64,000 bases of DNA from an uncultured Acidobacteriota bacterium (GTDB lineage Bacteria > Acidobacteriota > Thermoanaerobaculia > Gp7-AA8). The position numbers were made by a program, and so were the translations under genes. The stretch's first letter is position 1. The number at the start of each line of letters is the position of its first letter. Shown here one piece after another: positions 39,461 through 48,201 of the stretch. The stretch covers positions 224,001 to 288,000 of the forward strand of contig CAVUKB010000010.1 in assembly GCA_963741955.1 (NCBI GenBank), given 5' to 3'. The notes under the pieces were generated by a model that saw only the letters and a program-made list of their open reading frames with translations, did not search any database and was not told where the DNA came from.

Positions 39461-40130
39461 TTGCGACCACTTTCCCGGGCGGAACGTCGTGGGTGAACAT
39501 CTCGAGCGCGACGCGCACGACTCGGGCCTGGAGCTCGCGGTCGCCGGCCCGGCCGATGATCCGTCCGATCTGGCAACCTTCGTACGTCATCGCGCGCGGA
39601 GGACGGATCGATTCCGTCGCACCGGGAGAGGCGGAGATGATCAGAGTCGGAACTCCGCGTGCTTCGATCTCGCGAGCGAGTGTGGCGACGGAGCGGTGGC
39701 AGGTTTCCGGGCATCCCGCCGTGAGCAGCACCAGCTTCGTCTTCGAGCGCTCGATCTTGTCGGCGATGTCGGGAAACGTGGTTTCGTACAGTTCACGCAG
39801 CCGGGTGGTGAATCCGTACGAGTAATGTTTGTCGTTGACCGCGCCGATGAAACCTTCCGACGCGAGCTGCTGGAGCGTCGCGAGCGGGAAAACGATGTTG
39901 GGATCGGTATCCGCCTCCGAATGGTCGTAGTGGTGATGGGCGATCTTCAGCTCCTCGACCGCCGCCGTCCCGTCGATGATGCGATAGCTCGGATCTCCCG
40001 GATCTTCGGTGGGAAACGCGTCCTGTCCCGGCGCCCAGACGCCGGTCGCGGAAGCGATGGTCACGGTTGCGGAAGCGAGATCCTTGTCGAAGGGAGTGAA
40101 GGGAACGCAGCGGCGCGAGATGTTGAGCAT
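39450..40130 (-). CDS. PrdB/GrdB-like (glycine/betaine/proline reductase selenoprotein B family) protein, Cys variant
   Basis: PFTPF..L, GDPSYRII, HHHYDHS.ADTDPNIVFPL, LLTAGCPETCHRSV, REIEARGVPT, PPR. Confidence 0.8.
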   Translation of the reverse strand: MLNISRRCVPFTPFDKDLASATVTIASATGVWAPGQDAFPTEDPGDPSYRIIDGTAAVEELKIAHHHYDHSEADTDPNIVFPLATLQQLASEGFIGAVNDKHYSYGFTTRLRELYETTFPDIADKIERSKTKLVLLTAGCPETCHRSVATLAREIEARGVPTLIISASPGATESIRPPRAMTYEGCQIGRIIGRAGDRELQARVVRVALEMFTHDVPPGKVVAKSI

Positions 40131-40229
40131 TCGAATCTCCTCAGTGTGTATCGGGCGGCGAGTCCCGAAGATCAGGTGGATGGCGGATCGTGCGCGGCGG
40201 GCCCGTGGACGGCCCGCCGTGCAGACGGA

Positions 40230-40742
40230 TCAGACGAGATCCCGGAGGACCTCGAGAATCTGTGCGGTTTCGGGTTGTTCGCCGATGTCGTGGACGTCGA
40301 TGTAACGGACGCGCCCTTCTTTGTCGATGACGACGATCGCGCGCTCGCAGATTCCTTTGTCTTCGATCCACACACCGTACTTCTTCGCGACCTCACCCTT
40401 CGGATGAAAATCGGCGAGCAGAGGGTACTTGTCGATCCCTCCGAGCGATTTTGCGAAAGCTACGTGACTGGGGATGCTGTCAACCGATACGCCCAGGACC
40501 TGGGCGTCATACCGTTCGAAGTCGGCATATTCTGCCTCGTACGACGGCATCTGCACCGTTCAGACGGGTGTCCAATCGAGTGGGTAAAACACAAGAACGA
40601 CGTTCTTCTTGCCGCGAAAGTCGCTCAGGTGGATTCGCTCGTCGCCTCGATGACCCGGCAACTCGAAATCAGGCGCCATATCGCCGACTTTGAGCTTCGA
40701 GGTCTCCGAGGCCTTCGAGGTTCTTCCTGAAGATACGGCCAT
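40230..40742 (-). CDS. peroxiredoxin (AhpE-like) with probable selenocysteine
   Basis: ORFs 40560-40742 and 40230-40556 are one frame joined by TGA at 40560-62, reading [14 protein letters not shown] (PxxxTxxC site). Confidence 0.85.
40534..40550 (-). promoter_or_regulatory. candidate bacterial SECIS hairpin
   Basis: UGCCGUCGUACGAGGCA stem-loop starting ~10 nt 3' of the UGA. Confidence 0.55.
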
Positions 40743-40913
40743 CGAATTTCCTCCTCCCTGGAATCAGACGCGTACGGTGTCCACGAACCGTACGTTGATT
40801 CCGTTCCAGTTCCGAGCCAATTCTATATCGGGATCTCCCCGGCCAGGGGCCACCCTCGCGGATCTGATGCAGATGCATCTTCGCCGGCGCGGTTCGGGAG
40901 AGTCACGACGGAG

Positions 40914-41176
40914 TCAGGGGGTCACGGCTCTGGGGGGTTCTTTCCCTTCCCGGGGAAGTCTCGCCAGAAGCTCCTCGGTGAGAAAGTCCATCTGCTCGTG
41001 GAGATGGGTCACCTCGAGCTCGGCCTTGAGGTTGACCTGATATTCCACGTCGGCCCGGAGCCGGAAGATGCCGGAATGATGTTCCAGACGAGCAGAGGGA
41101 TGAGCGTAGCCCTCTCGTTCTCGTCGAGGAGCTTGAACAGCAGGACCTCGGAAAGAAGCTCCGAATCGATCTGCAT
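40914..41176 (-). pseudogene. internally deleted cNMP/DUF1003-like gene remnant
   Basis: N-terminus MQIDSELLSEVLLFKLLDENERATL joined out of frame to RLRADVEYQVNLKAELEVTHLHEQMD. Confidence 0.7.
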
Positions 41177-41223
41177 GGATGCCCGAAATCGTACCTTCCT
41201 CCGGGCATTTTGAACACGAGAAA

Positions 41224-41529
41224 CTACTTCTGGTCTCCCGGCCTGGCGTGCTTCTGGAGCTCTTTTCCGCCTTTTTCGAGCGCCGTCCCGGTCTTCTGTG
41301 CGGCGTTGCGCCCCGCCTTCTCGAGCGATCTGCCGGCCTGATCCAGGGCAGTCGACGTCTCCTCTCCGAGCTGGCGCGCTGCCGTTTCGGTGTTGTGCAT
41401 CGCGTCCTTCGCCGTCTCGGTCGGTGCAGTGACGCTGTAGGTGTCTTCTCCCGTCTTTTCGACCCGGCATCCCGCTAGACTCACCAGGAGCCACGCGGAT
41501 GCGCCGAGGATCGCCATCACTTTCTTCAT
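41224..41529 (-). CDS. small lipoprotein
   Basis: MKK...LVSLAG-C lipobox; SD GGAGG; helical repeats. Confidence 0.8.
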   Translation of the reverse strand: MKKVMAILGASAWLLVSLAGCRVEKTGEDTYSVTAPTETAKDAMHNTETAARQLGEETSTALDQAGRSLEKAGRNAAQKTGTALEKGGKELQKHARPGDQK

Positions 41530-41569
41530 CGGTTCGCCCTCCTTCGCAACGAGCTTTGCGGCTGTGTTC

Positions 41570-41585
41570 AGCAAAGCTCCGGCCA
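41570..41585 (-). promoter_or_regulatory. candidate sigma54 promoter
   Basis: TGGCCGGAGCTTTGCT (GG-N10-GC), ~40 bp upstream of ATG. Confidence 0.55.
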
Positions 41586-41637
41586 ACTGCCGCGCTCGCG
41601 ACGAAAGTTTCCATCTCCGTGATGCGTTAGCCCCCGC

Positions 41638-42525
41638 ATGGAACCAGGAGACCGGATCATTCAGGGGATGGCTGCGGACGGAGATTTCCGGATCGTGGCT
41701 GCTCGGACCACGGACGTGGTCGACATCGCGCGTGAAGTGCAGGACCTCTCGCCTCTGGCCGCAGATGCGTTGGGTAGGGCCTTGACCGGAGCCGTGCTCC
41801 TCGCCCGTCTTCTCGAGAAAGAGCGTCACGAGGAGTACATGACGCTCCGCTTCGAGGGGAAGGGACCTCTCGGAACGCTGATCGCGGAGGCGAGCTCGGG
41901 AGGAGGAGTGCGCGGGTACGTCGCGAATCCGCAGTACCAGAATCCCACCGGCGACGTCGGAGAGGCCCTCGGCCACGACGGTATCCTGACCGTCATCCGC
42001 AACGGTGCGCCGGACAGCCCGCCCTACACCTCGCAGGTCAGCCTGGTGAGCGGCCAGGTCGCAAAGGACCTCGCCCACTATCTCCTCACGAGCGAGCAGA
42101 TCCCGTCGGCGGTCCTGCTGGGAGTGCTCAACCGCCCGGGTGGCGTGAGTGCGGCCGGAGGGATCATCGTCCAGGCATTCCCTCACGCCGCCGAGGAGTC
42201 GGTGATCGCGATGGAAAAACGGATCCGCCACGCCCCGCCACTCAGCACGATGCTGGACGTGATGACGATCGAACAGACCGTGCACTCGCTCTTCGATCCG
42301 CTCGGCTACAAACAGCTCGATGCCGAGATCAACGTCCCGGTGGAGTACAGTTGCACCTGCAACCGCGAACGTGCTCTCCGGCAGTTCCGGCATTTCTCGC
42401 CGCAGGAGCTGGGGGAAATGATCCGTGAGGAAGACGACTCGGTCGCGACGTGTCAGTTCTGCGGGCGACGGTACGTCTTCACCAGTGAAGATCTCCTGGG
42501 GCTCGACGGAGCGGCGGACGCGTAG
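41638..42525 (+). CDS. hslO: Hsp33 redox-regulated chaperone
   Basis: ALGRALT, VRGYV, SEQIPS, CTC...CQFC. Confidence 0.93.
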   Translation: MEPGDRIIQGMAADGDFRIVAARTTDVVDIAREVQDLSPLAADALGRALTGAVLLARLLEKERHEEYMTLRFEGKGPLGTLIAEASSGGGVRGYVANPQYQNPTGDVGEALGHDGILTVIRNGAPDSPPYTSQVSLVSGQVAKDLAHYLLTSEQIPSAVLLGVLNRPGGVSAAGGIIVQAFPHAAEESVIAMEKRIRHAPPLSTMLDVMTIEQTVHSLFDPLGYKQLDAEINVPVEYSCTCNRERALRQFRHFSPQELGEMIREEDDSVATCQFCGRRYVFTSEDLLGLDGAADA

Positions 42526-42676
42526 GCCTTGAACTTGTGGCGTCTCGTCGCGAGGCTGCCCGCCATCGTGGCAGGGAGATGCGGATGCCGCGGAACGTGA
42601 TTGAAGCGGAGGGACGGTCGAGATGGACTCCGTCGTCGAGGGCGACATCCGATCCGCCGTACGGGAGGAGCAGCAG

Positions 42677-43735
42677 ATGAAGTCGGTCATCACCGGAAGC
42701 GGGATCGCACTGCCGAAGAACGTCGTGACGAACAGCGCTCTGACGCGGGTCATGGACACCACGGATGAGTGGATCCGTACCCGCAGCGGGATCGAGGAGC
42801 GCCGGTTCGCCGATCCGGGGCAGGGCTCGTCGGAGCTCGGTGCTGACGCTTCATTGCACGCCATGGCGGCCGCCGGTCTCGGTCCGGAAGACATCGACGG
42901 AGTGGTCTTCGCCACCATGACTCCCGACTTCCTTCTTCCCGGCAACGGTCCTCTTCTCCAGCAGCGTCTCGGTCTCGGTGACATCCCCACGTTCGACATC
43001 CGCCAGCAATGCAGCGGGTTTCTTTACGGGCTGGATCTCGCCGATTCGCTTCTCAGGAGCGGAAAGTTCCGGAAAGTCCTCCTGGTCGGATCGGAAGTGC
43101 ATACGCCTTTCATGCCCTGGAAGCACGGGTGGGACACCACGATCGGTCTCGAGTCGCGTGAAGTCTCCGAGGAAGAGAAGGAGTGGAACACGCGTTTCCG
43201 TGATCGCACAGTCCTTTTCGGTGATGCGGCGGGGGCGGTGGTGCTCGAATCGCGCGAGGATGGAACGGAAGGACTGCTCGCGACGCGCCTTCACACCGAC
43301 GGATCGGCCTGGAAAGCTCTTTCGATGCCGGGGGTGAGTTTTCTCCGCCGGCCTTTCGTCGACGCGGCGCAGATCGAGAGTGGTGAGAGCATTCCGGTGA
43401 TGGAGGGTCGCGAGGTCTTCCGCCAGGCGGTGACCAGAATGCCGGAGGTGGTCCGTGAGGTCCTCGAGGCCGCAGGGCGATCACTGGAGGAGCTCGATGT
43501 TCTCCTGATCCATCAGGCAAACCTCCGGATCGTGGAAGCGGTTCAGAAGGCGCTCGGGCTTCCTGCGGAAAAAGTTCCGCACAACATCGAGCGGTATGGA
43601 AACACGACGGCGGCGACGCTTCCGCTGCTCTATCACGAGTGTGTGGAAGACGGCCGGATCAAACCGGGTTCGCTCGTTTGCTTCGTAGCGCTGGGGTCGG
43701 GTCTGCATTGGGGCGCGGCGCTGTATCGCGCGTGA
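42677..43735 (+). CDS. fabH: 3-oxoacyl-ACP synthase III family
   Basis: QCSGF, FGDAAGA, HQANLRI, GNTTAA, GSGLHWG. Confidence 0.9.
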   Translation: MKSVITGSGIALPKNVVTNSALTRVMDTTDEWIRTRSGIEERRFADPGQGSSELGADASLHAMAAAGLGPEDIDGVVFATMTPDFLLPGNGPLLQQRLGLGDIPTFDIRQQCSGFLYGLDLADSLLRSGKFRKVLLVGSEVHTPFMPWKHGWDTTIGLESREVSEEEKEWNTRFRDRTVLFGDAAGAVVLESREDGTEGLLATRLHTDGSAWKALSMPGVSFLRRPFVDAAQIESGESIPVMEGREVFRQAVTRMPEVVREVLEAAGRSLEELDVLLIHQANLRIVEAVQKALGLPAEKVPHNIERYGNTTAATLPLLYHECVEDGRIKPGSLVCFVALGSGLHWGAALYRA

Positions 43736-43879
43736 AGGAAACCGGGAAATCGGATTCCCGGCAGGCCGAGCGACGGACGAAAGCGCCGGACCAGCGCAGC
43801 CGGGCTGACCCTTCGGGCCGGGATGGACCCGACTTCGCGGTTTGTCGGTCCACACGAAATACTGTAAATAAGGAGACCA

Positions 43880-45082
43880 ATGGCAGGCGACAATCTACCC
43901 AGACACCCCGTCTCGACGATCGATGCCGGGTTCGATGACCTGAAACTCTCGAAACCGGTGCTCGACTCGGTGCACCGGGTCGGATTCGAACACCCGACCC
44001 CGATTCAGGCGGAAGTCATTCCCGCCGCTCTGGAGGGGCGCGACGTCATAGCGCTCGCGCAGACCGGATCGGGGAAGACCGCGGCATTCGTGATCCCTCT
44101 CGCCGAGCGCCTGACGCACGGCCGCGGACTGCGCGGGCTGATCCTCTCGCCCACCCGCGAGATCGCCCTGCAGACGCAGGCGTTCCTCGAGCTCTTCGGA
44201 AAGGGTCACAAGCTTCGCACTGCATGCCTGATCGGCGGCGTGAAGATGGGGCCGCAGCTCGACGCACTGTCGAAGGATCCCGACATCGTGGTCGCCACTC
44301 CCGGCAGACTCCTCGATCACGTCGAACGCCACAGACTCTCTCTCGACGGCGTCGAGCACCTCGTGCTCGACGAAGCGGACCACATGCTGGATCTCGGGTT
44401 TCTTCCGCAGATCCGCCGGATCGTGCGGGTGGTGCCTCGTGAGCGGCAGACGATGATGTTCTCCGCCACCATGCCGCCGGCGATCGAACAACTCGCCCGG
44501 ACCATGCTGAGCGAACCGGTCCGGATCGACATACTCCCGGTGGGGCGTGCCGCCATCGGCATCACTCACCGTCTGTACATCGTGAGGCCGGAAGACAAAC
44601 GCGCGTGCCTTCTGGCGCTGCTGCACGAAGAGCTCGGAAGCACCCTCGTGTTCGTGCGGAGAAAAGTCGACGCCGAATGGCTCTACCACATCCTCGCGCG
44701 GCAGGGGCATCCAGTCGCACGGATTCACGCCGATCGCTCGCAGGGGCGACGCGTGAAAGCGCTGGAGAACTTCCGGGAAGGATCCCACCGGATTCTCGTC
44801 GCGACCGATATCGCCGGCCGCGGAATCGACGTCCCCGGAATCGAGCACGTGATCAACTTCGACCTGCCGGAATCCGTCGAGGATTACATCCACCGCGCGG
44901 GACGTACCGCCCGCGTCGACCGGGAAGGAATCGTCTCATCGATCGTCACCTGGCAGGATCTGCCGGTGGTGCGGAAGATCGAAGACGAGATCGGCCAGAA
45001 GATCCCCCGCTGCTCCGTTCCCGACGTCGAGCCGTGGATCGAGACGGAGAAGAAGGAGAAGCGGGTCCGGCGGCGGGTGTGA
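43880..45082 (+). CDS. DEAD-box RNA helicase
   Basis: AQTGSGKT, PTRE, DEAD, SAT, HRAGRTAR. Confidence 0.94.
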   Translation: MAGDNLPRHPVSTIDAGFDDLKLSKPVLDSVHRVGFEHPTPIQAEVIPAALEGRDVIALAQTGSGKTAAFVIPLAERLTHGRGLRGLILSPTREIALQTQAFLELFGKGHKLRTACLIGGVKMGPQLDALSKDPDIVVATPGRLLDHVERHRLSLDGVEHLVLDEADHMLDLGFLPQIRRIVRVVPRERQTMMFSATMPPAIEQLARTMLSEPVRIDILPVGRAAIGITHRLYIVRPEDKRACLLALLHEELGSTLVFVRRKVDAEWLYHILARQGHPVARIHADRSQGRRVKALENFREGSHRILVATDIAGRGIDVPGIEHVINFDLPESVEDYIHRAGRTARVDREGIVSSIVTWQDLPVVRKIEDEIGQKIPRCSVPDVEPWIETEKKEKRVRRRV

Positions 45083-45090
45083 CTCTCGAC

Positions 45091-46893
45091 TCACGACCCT
45101 TTCTCCTCCAGCTCCGCCCATCGCTCGTAGAGTCGTGAGACTTCGGCCTCCGCATCGCGGAGCGCGGCGAAACGCCGGGAGAGCTCTTCGGCATCAGTCG
45201 CGACGGCGGGATCGTTGACCGCCGCGCGTGCTCTCTCCAGACGTGTCTCGGCGCCGAGGAGCGTCTCCTCCATGGCATCCCATTCTCGCTGTTCGTGATA
45301 GGTGAGCTTCTTCGCCCGAGGACGGTCGCTTCGTTCGGCGGTGGCAGGTTTCGGTTCGCCGCTGCTTCTGCCGCTGCTCCGGCGTGATTCTTCCCACTGG
45401 GAGTAATCGGCGAAGAACTCGGTGCGACCGGTTCCGTCCAGAGCGAGGATCCGTGTCGAGACGCGGTCGAGAAGAAAGCGGTCGTGGGTCACGATCACCA
45501 GCGCTCCGGAGAATTCGAGGAGCGATTCTTCGAGCACATCGAGGGTCGGGATGTCGAGGTCGTTGGTCGGTTCGTCGAGCACCAGCAGGTCTGCGGGCTG
45601 GAGCATCAGACGAGCGAGGATGATCCGGGCCTTCTCGCCTCCCGAGAGGCGGGAGACCGGCATCTCCAGCTGCTCGGTGCGGAAGAGGAAGCGCCGCGCC
45701 CACGACACCACGTGCAGCGATCGGTCCTGATAGAGCACCGAATCGCCCTCCGGAGCGAGCGCGCGCCGCAGGGTCAGGTCTGGATCGAGGCTCTCGCGGT
45801 TCTGCTCGAAATAGACGGTTCGAAGCTGATCCGCTCTCTCGATCTCTCCCTCGTCCGGGTCGATCTCTCCGACGATCATTCGGAGGAGGGTCGTCTTTCC
45901 CGAACCGTTCGGCCCGAGGACGCCGAGACGCGCGCCGGGGCGGAGAAGGAGATCGAAGTTCTCCACGATCGTCCGATCACCGAACTCTTTCCGGAGCCCG
46001 CGGCCGGACCAGAGCCGCTTCGTTTTTCGCTCGGACGCGTTGAATTCGATTCCGGTCGTGCCGACCGTGCTGCGCCGGCGGCTCTCGTCGAGCTCCCCGA
46101 TCAATTCTTCCGCGCGTTGAATGCGTGCCTTCGATTTGGTGGTACGTGCTTTCGCGCCGCGGCGGAGCCACTCCACTTCCCGCCGAACGAGATTGGCGAG
46201 GCTCTCTCGATACGAGGCCTGGTTCTGCAGCAGCTCGTCCCGCTTCTCCAGAAAGTCGGAGTAAGTGCCGTTCACCTGGAGGAGGCCGCCCGGATACGAC
46301 GGGTCGAGCTCCAGCATGCGCCGGGCGAGGTTGTCGAGAAAATAGCGGTCGTGACTGACCACGATGAATGCTTCGGGCTCGCTGCGGAGCAGCGACTCGA
46401 GCCAGAGAATCGCATCGACGTCGAGATGGTTCGTCGGCTCGTCGAGAAGGAGCACGTCGGGCTCCAGTGAGAGCTGCTGCGCGATCGCGAGCCGTTTCCG
46501 CCATCCTCCCGAGAGAATGTCGGTGCGGAGAGACGCGTCGTCGAATCCACCCTTGGCGAGCGCCAGACCGACCCGCGCGATCCGCTGCGAGAGATCCAGC
46601 GTCGGATCCGCGGCGACCGTCTCGGTGAGCACTCCCTCTACCGTCTTTCCCGGCGCGAAGATCGGGTCCTGCGGGACGTACCCGACGCGGAGGTTGCGAC
46701 GCAACGCACGGATCCCCGAATCGGGACTCTCCAGCCCGGCCAGAATTCTGAGAAGGGTCGACTTCCCACTCCCGTTCCGACCGACCAGCCCTACGTGATT
46801 GCCCTCGGAGAGAGCGAACGTGAGATTCTCGAAGAGCGGCTCGGCGCCGAACGACTTCGAGATCGATTCACAGCTGAGAAGGACCGGAGGCAT
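45091..46893 (-). CDS. ABC-F ATPase (Uup-like)
   Basis: Two ABC domains, EWLRRGAKARTTK linker, C-terminal coiled coil YERWAELE. Confidence 0.92.
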   Translation of the reverse strand: MPPVLLSCESISKSFGAEPLFENLTFALSEGNHVGLVGRNGSGKSTLLRILAGLESPDSGIRALRRNLRVGYVPQDPIFAPGKTVEGVLTETVAADPTLDLSQRIARVGLALAKGGFDDASLRTDILSGGWRKRLAIAQQLSLEPDVLLLDEPTNHLDVDAILWLESLLRSEPEAFIVVSHDRYFLDNLARRMLELDPSYPGGLLQVNGTYSDFLEKRDELLQNQASYRESLANLVRREVEWLRRGAKARTTKSKARIQRAEELIGELDESRRRSTVGTTGIEFNASERKTKRLWSGRGLRKEFGDRTIVENFDLLLRPGARLGVLGPNGSGKTTLLRMIVGEIDPDEGEIERADQLRTVYFEQNRESLDPDLTLRRALAPEGDSVLYQDRSLHVVSWARRFLFRTEQLEMPVSRLSGGEKARIILARLMLQPADLLVLDEPTNDLDIPTLDVLEESLLEFSGALVIVTHDRFLLDRVSTRILALDGTGRTEFFADYSQWEESRRSSGRSSGEPKPATAERSDRPRAKKLTYHEQREWDAMEETLLGAETRLERARAAVNDPAVATDAEELSRRFAALRDAEAEVSRLYERWAELEEKGS

Positions 46894-47062
46894 CTGATAT
46901 CTGTTATCTGATATCTGTTATCTATTATCTGTTATCGATTTGTCGATCTTATATCTTAGTGATATTACAGGCATCAAACGTAGCTAATTGCGCATCAGGT
47001 AATAGATATCAGATATCAGATATCAGATAATAGATAATAGATAATAGATAATAGATAATAGA
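46893..47062. repeat. AT-rich inverted heptamer arrays
   Basis: 6x TCTRWTA (46893-46934), 65-bp spacer, 9x TATCAGA/TAATAGA (47000-47062). Confidence 0.9.
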
Positions 47063-47068
47063 TGTCTT

Positions 47069-47533
47069 TCAGCTTACCGGCGGTTCGGGCCAGAGGATCT
47101 CGTCATCGGGGCCGACCAGGACGCTCCATCCGATCGATTCCACTGCGTCATTTTCGAGCCAGACGTTCAGGGAATCCTCCCACGCGCGGAGCTCGGTACG
47201 ACCATCTTCCTCCTCGATCCATTCGGCGTCTTCGATGCCGGCCCGGCGGAGGGCCGATTCGGCCTCGCTCCGCTCGAGGCCCACGATCCGCTCGCCATTC
47301 AGGTGTGCCCGGCGACTGAACGTCTCGCACGAGACGAAGCGGAAATCCTCCTCGGCTGCGAACCTGACTGCCAGCGCGGCCGATTCGTAGATCCAGATCT
47401 CGCTCGAGTCATCCGATCTGCTGACCAGGATCTCATCTGCCTCACCGAAGAGCTCCCGCGTCTCCTCGCGCGTCGCGCCGAACGGAAGATCGCCGACACC
47501 GAGTCCCGGCCGGATGGTGATCGAGTCGATCAT
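47069..47533 (-). CDS. hypothetical acidic protein
   Basis: IRPGLGVGDLPFGATREETRELFGEAD start; SD GAGGTG. Confidence 0.65.
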   Translation of the reverse strand: MIDSITIRPGLGVGDLPFGATREETRELFGEADEILVSRSDDSSEIWIYESAALAVRFAAEEDFRFVSCETFSRRAHLNGERIVGLERSEAESALRRAGIEDAEWIEEEDGRTELRAWEDSLNVWLENDAVESIGWSVLVGPDDEILWPEPPVS

Positions 47534-47654
47534 CGTGGTGACACCTCGATTTCGGTGCCGGAGCGGAGCCTCGATGCTTTGCGTCCGGCGAATTCTGCAT
47601 TGTATACCGTCGCCCACTCCCGGGGAGTCACTGCTGCCGTGGCCCTCTCCCTCC

Positions 47655-47670
47655 TGGCAGGACGAATGCA
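47655..47670 (+). promoter_or_regulatory. candidate sigma54 promoter
   Basis: TGGCAGGACGAATGCA, ~43 bp upstream of ATG 47713. Confidence 0.4.
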
Positions 47671-47712
47671 ACTCCGCTCACGCCGGTCACGCCCGGCTCG
47701 ACAGGAGGTCCG

Positions 47713-48195
47713 ATGAAACGAGGATTTCTGATTCTTGCTGCCGTCTTTTCACTTGCTCTGACTTCGTGTGTGTCTTCGACGACCGCTCCGGAACAGGCAC
47801 CGCCGGCTCCGGGTCACGGAGCGCTTGCCATCGCGATCGTGCCGAATCCGATCGTTGCCACTCGGGTGAGCGGCAGTACCTACGATTTTCCCTTCGACGT
47901 CCACGTGTCGAATTCCGGATCGCTCCCCGTCACCATCGATCGCATCGACATGGACGTCACTGCTCTCGGCGGAGTGAGGATCTACTCGAAGTCGATGACC
48001 GCGACCGACATCCGCCAGTACGGCTACCCGACTGCGGTGCCGGCGGGTCAATCGCTCAGTTATCACTTCGCCCCGCGGGAGCAGGTTCCCGACGAACGGC
48101 TCTTCTCGGGTGTCTCCGCGCTGCTGACTGCGTCGGGCGCCGACTCCTCCGGGCAGCACGTTTCGGCCAGTACGAGCGTCTCGGTCACTCGATGA
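47713..48195 (+). CDS. hypothetical lipoprotein, beta-rich
   Basis: LALTS-C lipobox; SD AGGAGG. Confidence 0.75.
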   Translation: MKRGFLILAAVFSLALTSCVSSTTAPEQAPPAPGHGALAIAIVPNPIVATRVSGSTYDFPFDVHVSNSGSLPVTIDRIDMDVTALGGVRIYSKSMTATDIRQYGYPTAVPAGQSLSYHFAPREQVPDERLFSGVSALLTASGADSSGQHVSASTSVSVTR

Positions 48196-48201
48196 GGACC
48201 G

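Noticed and set aside
46893-47062. Replication origin
   Set aside because: No DnaA boxes, dnaA or rep gene seen nearby
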